A stretch of 64,000 nt of DNA from the human T2T-CHM13v2.0 reference genome, Homo sapiens, in NCBI RefSeq assembly GCF_009914755.1, contig NC_060933.1, one strand, 5' to 3'. Shown piece by piece: positions 1 to 12,514 of this stretch. The notes beneath the pieces were generated by a model, which worked only from the letters and a program-made list of their open reading frames with translations, searched no databases and was not told the origin of the DNA. Position 1 is the first letter of the stretch; every line of letters starts with the position of its first letter. The translations under genes were made by a program, and so were the position numbers.

Positions 1-825
1 AACTGAAAATTAAAAACAGGAGAAAACTTAGAAAAGTGACAAATATGTGGAAATCAACCAACACACTCCTGAATAACCAGTAGATCAAAGAAAACATCAA
101 AAAAGAAATAAAATATCTTGAGACAAACTAAAATGAAAGCACGACATACTAAAACTGATGAGATGAAGCAAAAGCCGTTCTAAGAGAGGGAAGTTTATAC
201 AGATAAGTGCTAAATGAAGAAAAAAGATCTCAAATAAACCTCAAAAAATAGAGAAAAAAAATCAAGCCCAAAATTAGAAGAAGGAAATAACAAAGATCAT
301 AGCAGAAATAAATGAAATAGACTAGAAAAACAATAGCAAAGATCAATGAAACGAAGAGCTGATTTTTTGAAAAGATAATAAAAATTGACCAACCTATCAC
401 TAGGCTAAGAAAAAAGAAATCTTAAGTAAATAAAATTAGAACAAAAAAGGAGATATTAAAATTGGTACCATAGAAATACAAAGGATAATAATAGTCTACT
501 CTAAACAACTATGTGTCAACAAATTGTTTAACTTAGAATAATTTCTAGAAACATACATCCACTAAGACTGAAACATGAAGAAATAGAAAATAAAAACAGA
601 TAAATAATGAGTAAAAATATTGAGTCAGTAGTCAAAAAGCTCCTGAAAAAGGAAAATCCAAGACCAGATAGCTTAGTGGAGAATTCTACCAAATGTTTAA
701 AGAAGAATTAATACCATTTCTTCACAAACTCTTCCAAAAGTTGAAGAGGAGGGAACACTTCCAAACATTTTTTTATGAGGCCAGCATTACCCTGATAACA
801 AGGACAGAAAAGGACACTACAAGGA
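1..825 (+). mobile_element. Old L1 (L1M-class) ORF2 fragment, decayed
   Basis: A-rich strand with recognisable L1 ORF2 sequence (GGAAATCAACCAACACACTCCTGAATAACC; GAGGCCAGCATTACCCTGATA); many stops. Confidence 0.85.
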
Positions 826-945
826 TGACAGAGATTTTTAAGGTACAAATGATGTATTGTTGGAATTGAAAATACAGGCTTTGTTAGTACAAAGATTTGT
901 GTGTGGATAGGTGGATGTGTACTGGTGTGTGCATGCATACATATA

Positions 946-1470
946 CAAGCTTACCTTGTTTTATTACACTTCACATTATTATGCTTCTCGGATATTGCAG
1001 TTTGTACAGGTTGAAGGTTTGTGGCAACCCTGCACCAAGCAAGTCTACCAGTGCCACTTTTCTGGTAGCATGTGCTTATTTTGCACCTCTGTGTTACATT
1101 TTTGTAATTCTTGCAATATTTCAAATGTTTTGTTATTATTATATCTGTTATGGTGATCTGTTATCAGTGATCGCTGATATTACTATTGTCATTGTTTTGG
1201 GGCATCACAAGCCATGCTCCAAAAGACAATGAGCTTAATTGATACATATGTGTATTCGAATGGTTCCATCGATCTGCCCTTCCTCCATCTCACCCTCAGG
1301 TCTGTTTTCTGAGACACAGCAATATTGAAATTAGGCCAATTAATAACTCTATAAAGGCCTCTATGTGTTCAAGTGAAAGTAAGAGTCACACATCTCTTAT
1401 TATAAATCTAAAGTGAGAAATGATTAAGCTGAGTGAGGAAGGTATGTTAAAAGCCAAGACAGGCCAAAAG
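946..1470 (+). mobile_element. Tigger1 DNA transposon, 5' fragment
   Basis: Starts after TA (944-945) with a Tigger1-like terminus CAAGCTTACCTTGTTTTATT. Contains TTGAAGGTTTGTGGCAACCCTG and the transposase N-terminal remnant [12 protein letters not shown] (1420 ORF). Confidence 0.9.
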
Positions 1471-1564
1471 GCCCAGGCTGGTCTCGAACTCCTGACCTCA
1501 AGCAATCCACCTGCCGCAGCCTCCCAGGTAGCTGAGATTAAAGGCATGAGCCACCATGTCCAGC
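1471..1564 (-). mobile_element. Alu/FLAM fragment (5' part of left monomer)
   Basis: CAGGCTGGTCTCGAACTCCTGACCTCAAGC...GAGCCACCATGTCCAGC. Confidence 0.85.
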
Positions 1565-1649
1565 TTCTATGCATTATTTTAAATGGAGTATTGAAGACTC
1601 TGTTACTGTAGAACTATTTCTAACTTCAATTCTGTCAATATTTGGGTCA

Positions 1650-2070
1650 CAGGCCTTAATGTGATTACACGCTGGTCTGATGCTCATGGCCAGGACATTT
1701 TGTTTTCCTGTTGGACATAAACAATCTCACAGAATATCAACTTCAGAAAGTTAATCTGAGACCGTGATAAGTGCAAACAAAAACAAGGGCACTTTATAAT
1801 GTTGTCTAAGTGCAGATAAAAAACAAGGTCTTGATGCCACCCACAAAATACTTAATAATCATATTGCTCCTGCTTTCTGACAGCATCCAATCTAAAGTCT
1901 TCACTTTCTGAGATCCTGTCCGAAATCAACCAATTAAAGCCCAAATCGTATAATAGTTTCTCTCTAACTCCTCCCACTGAGATGACCCATAGTACCCCAT
2001 TCCTTGCTGCAATGTAATTATATTTAATTACAAGTGTGCCCCTGGTAGTCTTTAACTGAAGGGCACTGAC
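1650..2070 (+). mobile_element. Probable ERV1-class LTR remnant (MER67/MER34-like)
   Basis: GGACATAAACAATCTCACAGAATATCAAC and downstream sequence resemble MER67/MER34-group LTRs; family and ends uncertain. Confidence 0.45.
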
Positions 2071-2760
2071 TGGGTCACTGGTGAAGTTCCCCGCAGGAAC
2101 TGAGTCAGACCCCATCTCAGGGCCCTGCACAAGATAGGTGCCTGCTCTAAGGCGTGGACCCTCGCCACAGCCCTGGCCCGTCTTGACGGGCGAGGGTTAC
2201 TGTACTTGTCCCAACCATACAGATGAGAAAGCTGAGACTCAGGGCCAGCAACCCGGGTCCCAGCGGAGCGCCCGGCACACGCCGACACTTCAGCACCAGT
2301 GGCGGTGGCCACCACTGTGCGCGGAGATGGCTGCGACGCGTGCGCAGGTAAAGTCCATCCGTGCCTTGCCTCCCACCGGCGCCTTCCCCGGCCTCTGGTT
2401 TTTGTCCCCGCCAGCGGCTCCGACTCCATCGCGTCCTCTTCCAGTCTAGTGCTTTTTTCCAGATCTCGATCCCAAACTCCCTCCTGCCAGAATCTGGACC
2501 CGAATCCACCCATTGCTCGTTTTCCGCTGCCGCTGGAGAGAATCTCTGAGGTCCCCAGGAGAGCCTGCCTGCACGGAAGAGACGCCTCCTCGGTATGGCC
2601 GCCCCCGGAGAGGAGCGATTAAGTGCAGACCTCCATGTTGCTCTTGAGCCTGAGCGGCTTCAGGGAGCCATGTTTGTTACTGGCGGGCGCCGACCTCACT
2701 TAGCATGTGCAGCCCTGGCCGGGCGGCCTCAAAGTTCTGACATCACAGGGCGGTTCCTGA
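2050..2760 (+). promoter_or_regulatory. CpG island / probable promoter 1 with candidate first exon
   Basis: High GC and CpG density. YY1-like GAGATGGC (~2324-2331), NRF1-like GCGTGCGCA (2338-2346), donor CAG|GTAAAG at 2348 and a second donor-like TCG|GTATGG at 2593. G-skewed tract downstream (2950-3005). Confidence 0.75.
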
Positions 2761-3734
2761 AGTGGACGTAGTTGTAAGAGCTAGTTATTTTAGACAATGC
2801 CTCTGTGATCAGGGACTCTAATCTGGAAATAGGTAGTCGGAGAGGTCGGTGATGCAGTCTCTGGATCAGAGACCTGAGCTATATGGGGTTAGAGAGGGGC
2901 CCTGGGCAGGCGAGTCTCTGGGGAGTGTGGTGAGAATCCTTGTGTAAGATGCTGGGAGGAGGTGGGGTCAGGGCTGGGGTCCGTGGGCCGACGGGTTGGG
3001 GGATGGCCAGCGTCAGGGATCAGTAGTAGAGATTCTATGTGCCCTGATCGCCAGTGGAGGTTTTAAATACAGAGTATTCATGAGTTTAGCAATGTTTTTC
3101 GCCTCTCATTATTTAAATAATTTGAAGTTTTCCCCAATAACTAGTGTCTTAGAAGTCATGAAAATTTCAGAAAATGACAGGTCTTCTGAGTTCGTGATGG
3201 GAGTTGGGCAGCAGTCGCATACGAGCACCTGGAGAGTCCTTGCCAGTTCTTTGGGGATGGGGAGCTCTTAAGACTGCCCTGAGACCGCCCTTTGACCTCA
3301 TTGTGGTCCTTTCTAGATTAAATGCTGTTTTCCATGACCGTCTCTGTTCTTCCCATACGCGAATGGCAGGCATTCAGATCTCCAAGAATAGAGGACTAGG
3401 AGAGACTCCACCACCTATGTCCTCACAGTTAATTATCGATTTGTGTCAGTTGCCCATTTTCTCACTTCCTGTTTGTGTGTCAAGGGGTATTAATAAATCT
3501 TTGCCTATTTAAAGATATTAGCCTTGGATTTTCAAATATTGCATATTTTGACATGTAAAAATTTGTTAGTTTTATTTTTTCAACCGATCTGACCTGTATA
3601 GTTGGGCTTGAGGAAGCTTCCTCATTCTACATGTTACTATGGATTTTCTAATATTAACACAGGGTTGTATTTTTTCCATATAACTTTCTATTGAATTTCT
3701 TTTTCCATATGATAGGTGGTGAAGGTTTAGCCCA

Positions 3735-3925
3735 GTAAAGCAGAGAGGTTAAGAGGTTAGATTGGGGGCTCTGGAGCCAGACCTGTGTAGATCTGAGTCC
3801 TGGCTCTGGCACTTGAAAGCCGTGTGACCTTGGTTAAGATACTTAGTCCCTCTCTGCCAAATGGAGAAATAAGGGCACCTACCCCATAGGGTAGTTGTGT
3901 GATTACACAAGTTAATACACTTCAA
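3735..3925 (+). mobile_element. MIR SINE
   Basis: GGCTCTGGAGCCAGAC...GTGTGACCTTGG...CACCTACCCCATAGGGT MIR core. Confidence 0.8.
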
Positions 3926-4024
3926 TCAGTAGCAAGAAAGTGAATGTCAAGCTGTATTTGTTCAGGCAGCCATATGGTAGCCCCACGTCCTTAGTAAACT
4001 GAGGTATTGAAGTATCTTCTTTTT

Positions 4025-4260
4025 CTTTCAGAAAATATTTGTCAAGCACCTTCTGTGTTCAAAGAACTGTTCTAGAGCTTTGCATGCTATGGAGGTCTAG
4101 AAATTCACATTATGGTGGCAGGTGACAGACAATACAAAGAGATAAAGCAATTTCATATAGTGATAAGCTAGGGAGGAGTGCTAAAAGGAGCCAAGGTGTA
4201 GTGGTGACTGGAAGGTGACCAGGGAAACCACTGTAGGGTTTCTAAGTGATGAGATCTGTG
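4025..4260 (-). mobile_element. L2 3' end remnant
   Basis: AAAATATTTGTCAAGCACCTTCTGTGT resembles the reverse complement of the L2 3' end. Confidence 0.55.
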
Positions 4261-4394
4261 ACAAATCCCTGTGGTCAGCAGCAGGCATTGGATATGTAAC
4301 TTTATTCTGTCCCATTGATCTTGTAGTCAACCCTGGTCTGTTCTGTATTGTTTTAATTACATAATCTTTGTAATAATCTTTAATACCTGGTGGA

Positions 4395-5197
<803 letters not shown>

Positions 5198-5589
5198 AGA
5201 GCAAGGTCTCCACACTCCTTTCTCCTGTAATAATTTTCCATTTGAAAATTTTCCTTGCAATTCTCACACCTTTATTATTTCATATAAATTTTACAATCAA
5301 TTTTTTTCTTGTCTAGATAACCATGCCATTTAGATTAAAATTGCATTACATTGCAACTTTTGAGAAACTATGGGAGGAGAATTGGCAACCTTATAATATT
5401 GAATTTGCTCATTAAGGAACATAGTTTCTCTGTTTATTTAGGTATTATATTTTTCATGACATACATGTTGGTATTTCTACCCAGGCTTTTCTCTTTGTTT
5501 TGTCATGTAGCCCATGAATGAGACTGCACTCTCTGTGTGATTGGGCAGTTGCTCAAAGTTTAAGGTGTTAACATGCATTAATTCACTTA

Positions 5590-7340
5590 ATCACTCCTCA
5601 TTTCCTCCTTCCCTCAACCCCTGACAACCATGAATCTGCTTTCTGTCTCTAGATTTGCCTATTCTGGACATTTTATATAAATGTGTCATCCAATATCTGG
5701 TCTTTTCTGACTGGCTTCTTTCACTTAGCAGGATTCTACGGTTTATTGAGGTTCATTCATTGTGTGGCCTGTATCAGTATTTCATTCCTGTTTATGGCTG
5801 AATAATGTTCCACTGTATGTACATATGTATGTATACCACACTTTGTATATCCATTTATTTACTGGAGGATATCTGGGTTATTGACAGTATATTTCAGGAG
5901 TCCCCAAGATCATCCTCCCCCTTGATCTACTGCTCTTTGTATCTTATATGACCTGTGCAGAACTATTTATCTGGAAATTAGGTGATGGTTAACTAAATAT
6001 AGTTCTTCTAAAGACTCATTTTCCGTTGGTATTACATCCTGAGGAGACTTTAACTCAATCTCCCAATACATTTGATCATCAATATCAGTATTACCACATG
6101 ACTTATTTGCATGAGGTAATCAAATCTAACCAGCCATGCCAGTGTTACCCATATTGCATGTTGTGGTAGTAGATGCAGCCCCCCAAAATAAAAGTCAAAA
6201 GATGCTGGCACATTCCTGAGGTTCTTCTCAGCCACTAACAATTGGTGTAGTTCATCATCACCTGGAATGACCAAAATGTCTCCCATGGAAATGCGGCTCA
6301 GCTGTGTAGGCTTCCATTTAACTTTGTCAGGTTCCGAGGCGGGGCTGGCTTGAGTGGTCTTGTTTCCACTTTGGCTATGATGAATAATGCTGCTGTGAAC
6401 ATTCAGGTATACGTTTTTGTGTGGTTTCATTTCTTTTAAGTATATACCTTGGAGTGTAATTACTGGATCATATGATAACTCTGTTTTAATTTTTGAGAAA
6501 CTACCAAAATGTTTTCCAAAACAGACAAGGTTTTACATTCCCTCAGCATTGAATGAAGGTTATTATCCAGTTTCCTGTTCTTGCTGACACTCCTTATTGT
6601 TTGTCTTTTGAATTTAGTTATCTCATTGGGGTGACGTGGTGTATCATTGTGTTTTGATTTGCATTTCCCTAATAATGAATGTTATTGAGCACCTTCTCAC
6701 ATGCTTATTGGCCATTTTTCATGTTTTTGAAGAAATGTCTATTCATCTTTTGCCCATTTTTAAATTGCGTTGTCTTTTTATTGAGTTGTAAGAGTGGTTA
6801 GATCGTCTGGAACATGTGTTCCTTATCAGATATAGGACTTATAAGTTTTTGTCCCATTCTGTGGTTGTCCTTATTTTCTTATGTAACCTTTGTATTAGTC
6901 TGTTTTCATGCTGCTGATAAAGACATACCTGAGACTGGTCAATTTACAAAAGAAGGAGGTTTATTGGACTCACAGTTCCATGTGGCTGGGGAGACCACAC
7001 AATCATGGCGAAAGATGAAAGGCAAGGAGGAGCAAGTCACGTCTTACATGGATGGCAGCAGGCAAAGTGAGAGCTTGTGCAGGGAAACTCTCATTTTTAA
7101 AACCATCAGATCTCGTGAGACTCATTCACTATCATGAGAACAGCACAAGAAAGACCTGCCCCCATAATTCAGTCACCTTCCACTGGGTTCCTCCCACAAC
7201 ACATGAGAATTCTGGGAGTTACAACTCAAGATGAGATTTGGGTGGGGACACAGCCAAACCATGTCGACTTTGAAACACAGAACTTTTTAATGAAATTGAA
7301 CTGATCTATTTTTTGTTTTGTTGCTTGAGCTTTTGGTGAC
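5590..7340 (-). mobile_element. L1MB-type 3' end/ORF2 end, interrupted at 5885-6365 and by a THE1 LTR
   Basis: CCCTGACAACCATGAATCTGCTTTCTGTCTCT, TGGCTTCTTTCACTTAGCA, TGATTTGCATTTCCCTAAT. Confidence 0.8.
6891..7266 (-). mobile_element. THE1 (MaLR) solo LTR
   Basis: TGTATTAGTCTGTTTTCATGCTGCTGATAAAGACATACC...GGGGACACAGCCAAACCATGTCG; near-TSD ACCTT/ACTTT. Confidence 0.92.
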
Positions 7341-7394
7341 TGCTATGGTTTGAAATATGTTCCCACAAAATTCATGTTTGGAATGCTTATATTC

Positions 7395-8050
7395 CTGTTG
7401 GTGGGAATATAAAATCGTACATCTAGTATGGAAAACAATATGGTGATTCCTCAAGAAATTAGAAACAGAATTACCCTATGATCCAGCATTTCCACTTCTG
7501 GGTGGAATACCAAAATAATTGAAAGCAGGGTCTCAAAGAGATATCTGTACACCCGTGTTCATAGCAGCATTAGACACAATAGCCAAAAGGGAAATAATCT
7601 AAGCATTCATTGAGGGATGAATGGAAAAACAAAATCTGACATATACATACATACAGTGGAATATTATTCAGCTTCCAAAAGGAAGAAAATGTCTATATAG
7701 CATATAGACATATGCTATAACATGGATGCACCTTGAGTACATTATGCTAGGTGAAATAAGCCTGTCACAAAAACAAATACTGCATGATTCCATTTAAATG
7801 AGGGGCCTAGAATATTCAACTTCATAGACAGAAGGTAGAATGGTGGTTGCCAGAGGCTGGGAAGAGGGAGTAGGGGTTAGGTTTTAATAAATATCATTTC
7901 AGTTTTACAAGATGAAGAGAGTTTTGCAGATGGGTTGTGGGGATACTTGTACAACATTATCAATGTATTTAATACCACTGAATTGTACACTTAAAATGGT
8001 TAAGATGGTAAATTTTATGTGTGTTTTAACACAATAAAAACTGAAAAAAG
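7395..8050 (+). mobile_element. L1MB 3' end
   Basis: AGAATTACCCTATGATCCAGC...GTACACTTAAAATGGTTAAGATGGTAAATTTTATG followed by an A-rich tail. Confidence 0.85.
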
Positions 8051-8057
8051 GGATATA

Positions 8058-8502
8058 TGTTACCCTAAATAAAAATTTCATATGCTGAACTCAGAACCCC
8101 CAGTACCTAAGAACATGACCTTTTTTGAAAATGGGATTGTTGTTAATGTAATTAGTTAAGATGAGGTCATGCTGTAATAGGGTGGGCCCCCTAATCCAAT
8201 ATGATTTGTGTCTTTATAAAAAAGGGAAATTTGTGCACAAAGATAACACAGGGGATATGCCATATGAAGATGAAGGCAGAATTCTACAAGCCCAGGGATG
8301 CCAAAGATTGCCAGCAAACCACCAGAAGCTAGGAGAGAAGTGTGGATTAGATTCTTCCTCACAGCCCTCAGAAGGATCCAACCCTGCCAAGAACTTGATC
8401 TCAGACTTCTAGTCTCCAGAACTGTGAGACAGTGCATTTTGTTTTGTAAGTCAGCCATATGGTTTGTGGCACTTTGTTATGGCAGCCCTAGGAGATGAAG
8501 AC
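8058..8502 (+). mobile_element. MLT1B/C MaLR LTR
   Basis: GATTGCCAGCAAACCACCAGAAGCTAGGAGAG...TTTGTTATGGCAGCCCTAGGA. Confidence 0.88.
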
Positions 8503-8519
8503 AATATGCAACATGGTAT

Positions 8520-9277
8520 GTCCATTATAGGACACTGTGGGCCATAAATGTGTTCTTTGGCCTGAAGAAATAAAACTTGGTGGTCCAAGTTGATGTCTTA
8601 TCATCTGTTCCAGTTCTTTTATAGTATTTTTGGCATTTGAATCTAATGACTATGCAAAGCCCAGTCCAGAGAACGTGTCAGGACCCATTATAGCCTCCCA
8701 GGGATACTGGCTTCAGTCTGGTATAATCTACTTGTTAGCTATGAGTGGTGCCTTCCCACTGGGAATCTGCCCCATAGCCACCTGCAGTCTCTGTCTTCCT
8801 GCTGTCAGATAGGACGGTTCTTGTTGGCATTTGGTGCCTCTGAGGGTGGAGGAGGGACGTGTTGCTGAGCAGCCCATCCCTGCACGGCTGCAGCTCCCCT
8901 GTGTCCACTCCTTTGTTAAGCCCAGGTGGCCACCTCAAGGTCACCAGGATATCCACCTACCAGATCTGATCACTGAACCTGGGAGGGGTTCTTCAGGTGG
9001 GCATTGACATGACCTACTTTAATGTGCCCTTTAAATTCCTGCAGTGCTGTGCTCCATGTGGACATCCTTTCACAGCCCAGTTTGCCATTGTCCCTCTGCC
9101 TGGTCACATGGCCAGGCCATTGGCCACTGCCCATGAGTCAGTAAAAGTAAAAACCGAAATGTAGAAGATCCTATCATTGTTCAATTCTTCCATCCCAGGA
9201 AGGAGTGCAACATGTAATTCATCTCACTGGGCTGATTTGTTCTTGCCTTTTTCAATAAGAATTTTCCCATTACTGCT
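8520..9277 (-). mobile_element. ERVL-class endogenous retrovirus pol remnant (RNase H - integrase), pseudogenised
   Basis: Minus-strand motifs in retroviral order: GKNKSAQ*DEL (~9215-9247), FTDSWAVANGLA (~9109-9145), VGHVNAH (~8997-9017), RSGHRG (~8895-8912), QVDY (~8722-8733), GPDTFSGLGFA (~8653-8685). Frameshifts and stops present. Confidence 0.8.
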
Positions 9278-11294
9278 CATGGTGTGCATCCAGGCCACAC
9301 TGATGCAAGGGGTGGGGTCCCAAGGCCTTGGGCAGCTCTGCCCCATGGCTCTGCAGGGTACTTCCCCAGTGACTGCTTCCATGGGCTGGCATTGAGTGCC
9401 TGTGGCTTTTTCAGGCACACAGTGAAAGCTTTCAATGGATCTACCATTCTCTGGCCTGCAGGACAGTGGCCCTCTTCTCACAGCTCCACTAGGCAGTGCC
9501 CCAGTGCGGACATTGAGTGGGGCCTCCAAACCCACATTTCACCTCCAGACTGCTTTAGTAAAGGCTCTCCATGAGGGCTCTGACCCTACAGCAGACTTCC
9601 TCCTGGACATCCAGGCATTATCATACAACGTTTAAAATCTAGGTGGAAACTCCCAAGCCTCAACTCTTGCCTTCCTTGCACCTGTAAGCTTAAAACCACA
9701 TGGAAGCCACAAAGGCTTCTTATGGCTGCACCCTCTGATGCAGTGGCCTGAGATGTATCTGGGGCCCTTTTAGCCACAGCTGGAGCTGAAGCAGCTGGGA
9801 TTCAGGGTGACATGTCCCGAGGTTGTACAGAACAGTGGGGTCCTGGGCCTAGGCCATGAAACCATTTTTCCCTCCTAATCTTTCAGGCCTGTGATGGGAA
9901 GGGCTACTGTGAAGATCTCTGAAATGCCCTGGAGGCATTTTCCCCATTATCTTGGCTATTCACATTCTGCTCCTCTTTACTTATGCAAATTCCTGCAGCT
10001 GAGTTGAATGTCTTACCAGAAATTTGGTTTTTCTTTTCTACCACATGGTCAGGCTGCAAATTTTCCAATCTTTTATGCTCTGCTTCCCTTTTAAATATAA
10101 GTTCCAATTTCAGACCATCTCTTTGTGAATGTATATGAGCATATGCTGTTAGAAGCAGCCAAGTTATATCTTGAATGCTTTGCTGTTTAGAAATTTAGAA
10201 ATTTCTTCTGCCAGATGCCCTAAATCATCTAAAGTTTGAAGTTCCACAGATCCCTAGAGTAGGAGCACAATGCCACCAGTCTCCTTGCTAAAACATAGCA
10301 AGAGTGACTGCAAACTCCAGTTCCCAATAAGTTCCTCACCTCCATCTGAGACCACGTCAGCCTGGATTTCACTGTCCGTATCACTATATGAGCATTTCAG
10401 TCACAACCATTCAGCAAGTCTCTAGGAAGTTCCAAACTTTTCTTCCTGTCTTCTGTTTTTTTGTTTTGTTTTCATTTTTGTTTTTGTTTTTGTTTTTTTT
10501 AGATGGAGTCTCACTCTGTTATCCAGGCTGGAATGCGGTGGCACAATCTTGGCTCACTGCAACCTCTGCCTCCTGGGTTCAAATGATCCTCCTACCTCAG
10601 CTTCCTGAGTAGCTGGGATTACAGGCATGCGCCATGATGCCCGCCTAATTTTTTTTTGTATTTTTAGTAGAGACAGAGTTTCACCATGTTGGTCTGGCTG
10701 GCTTTGAAACCCTGACATCAAATGATCCACCTGCTTCACCCTCCCAAAGTGCTGGGATTGCAGGCATGAGCTACCATGCCCAGCCGTCATCTTCATGTCT
10801 TCTTATAAGCCTTCCAAACTGTTCCAACCTCTGCCTATTACCTAAGTCCAAAGTCGCTTCCACAGTTTCGGGTATCTTTGTAACAATGCCCTACTTCTCT
10901 GGTACCGATTTTCTGTATTAGTTTGTTCTCACATTGCTATAAGGAAGTACCTGAGACTGGGTAATTTATAAAGAAAAAAAGGTTTAATTGGCTCATGGTT
11001 CCACAAGCTGTACAGGAAGCATGGCTGAGGAGGCCTCAGGAAACTTACAATCATGGTAGAAGGTGAAAGGGAAGGAAGCATATCTTCGTATGGACAGCAG
11101 GAGCACAGGGGAAGTTAATATACAGTATTAAACAGCCAGATCTCATGAGAGCCCTATCACAAGAACAGCAAGGGGGATGTCCACACCTATGATTCAATAA
11201 TCAATTTCCAATTGTAAGATTCAATTTCCAATTGTAATTGGAAATTACAATTCGACATGACATTTGGCTGGGGACTCAGAGCCAAACCATATCA
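9278..11294 (-). mobile_element. MST (MaLR) element: truncated internal sequence plus LTR (10914-11294)
   Basis: Internal sequence is the reverse complement of the MST internal at 40618-42226; LTR TGTATTAGTTTGTTCTCACATTGCTATAAGG...GCCAAACCATATCA. Confidence 0.9.
10455..10785 (-). mobile_element. AluS inside the MST internal sequence
   Basis: Full Alu with (TTTTG)n tail; flanking TCTTC(C/A)TGTCTTCT duplication. Confidence 0.93.
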
Positions 11295-11921
11295 CCAACC
11301 CTATAAAGAAAGCGAGGCACTGATGTCACACTGCTGGTGGATCTGAGACTTGATCTCAGGCCAGCCTGATTCCTAAGTGACGTTCTTACCCTGTTGCCTC
11401 AGGATCAGCGAGAGCTCTATGGAGCCTGTACATTGCTAAAGAACAAGTTGAAAGAATTTTATTTCCAACAGTAGGGGTGATAAGGACCAGCTGGAAACAA
11501 CTAAAGCTTCTGGAATACATATCAAGAACCTCTTAAAAATGTGTCAATGAGCTACAAAATAAGAATTCCAAAAAGCTAAAAAAGTTTTAAAATGGAAGTG
11601 AAACCCAAAGAAGTAACTAAGGCACTGATGCCACTTTTCACCCTTCAGATATTTGACTGTCAAACTAAACTTTGCTGTTTTTCACAGCGTGAGGTGGAAA
11701 AGGGGCAGCAGAACAGCAGACAAAGCTGAGGGCCTGGCCAAGTGGGAGGGGCTAAGAGGAGACATCATAAAGTGAGATCCAAAAGGACAGACTTAGTGTA
11801 AGGGTGAACTATGAATAAACCTGTCCGCCTCCCCCTGTATGCTTCCCTTGACCCCTGCTTCCCTAGGAACAGTGAGGAACATTGGGTATCCTGAGAGAAA
11901 ACATCTCCCCTGAGAGTTTTA

Positions 11922-11931
<10 letters not shown>

Positions 11932-11965
<34 letters not shown>
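11932..11965. repeat. (TA)17 microsatellite preceded by a short (TG)n
   Basis: Direct reading. Confidence 0.97.
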
Positions 11966-11966
<1 letters not shown>

Positions 11967-12514
11967 CCCTTTAACTGGTTTGTTCACACAACCTGGGTGG
12001 TCTAAAATGTCTCAAGCTTCAAATTTAAAGCAATATCAGCTTTTTGGTGCCTTCTAGGTGACTGACAGATGCAAAATGGATTGTCTTTGGAGAAACTCTG
12101 AGATACTTTCAAGGAATATAAGTTCACAATAAAAAATCACAAATGTAAAATCGGCAAGAGCCAGCAGAAACAATGGACAGAAAGAGCAGGCCTGCAAAAA
12201 CTTAAGACAGTCAAGTTACCAAAGACAGTACAAAGTGCGTTTTATACTTAAAGAAATAAAGGAGTTGAAATAACTTGAGCATGAAAATAACCAAATAGAT
12301 TGGGGAAAGTACCAAGTAGAAACGAAATGAAAAGTATCATAATTGAAATGGAAAGTTCAATGGATTGGTTTAACTAACGGTCATCAAAAAGAGAATAATA
12401 GATGAAGAAATAAAGAAGTTTTCAGACTCGAAAAAGCTGAATGACTTTACTACCTGCAGACCTGCACTATAAGAAAAGTTAAGGGATGTCCTTCAGGCAT
12501 AAAGAAAACGATAC

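Noticed and set aside
2052-2622. Overlapping 100-153 aa ORFs on both strands
   Set aside because: Expected in a stop-poor CpG island; several start at non-ATG codons, no domain is recognisable, and all frames are similarly open
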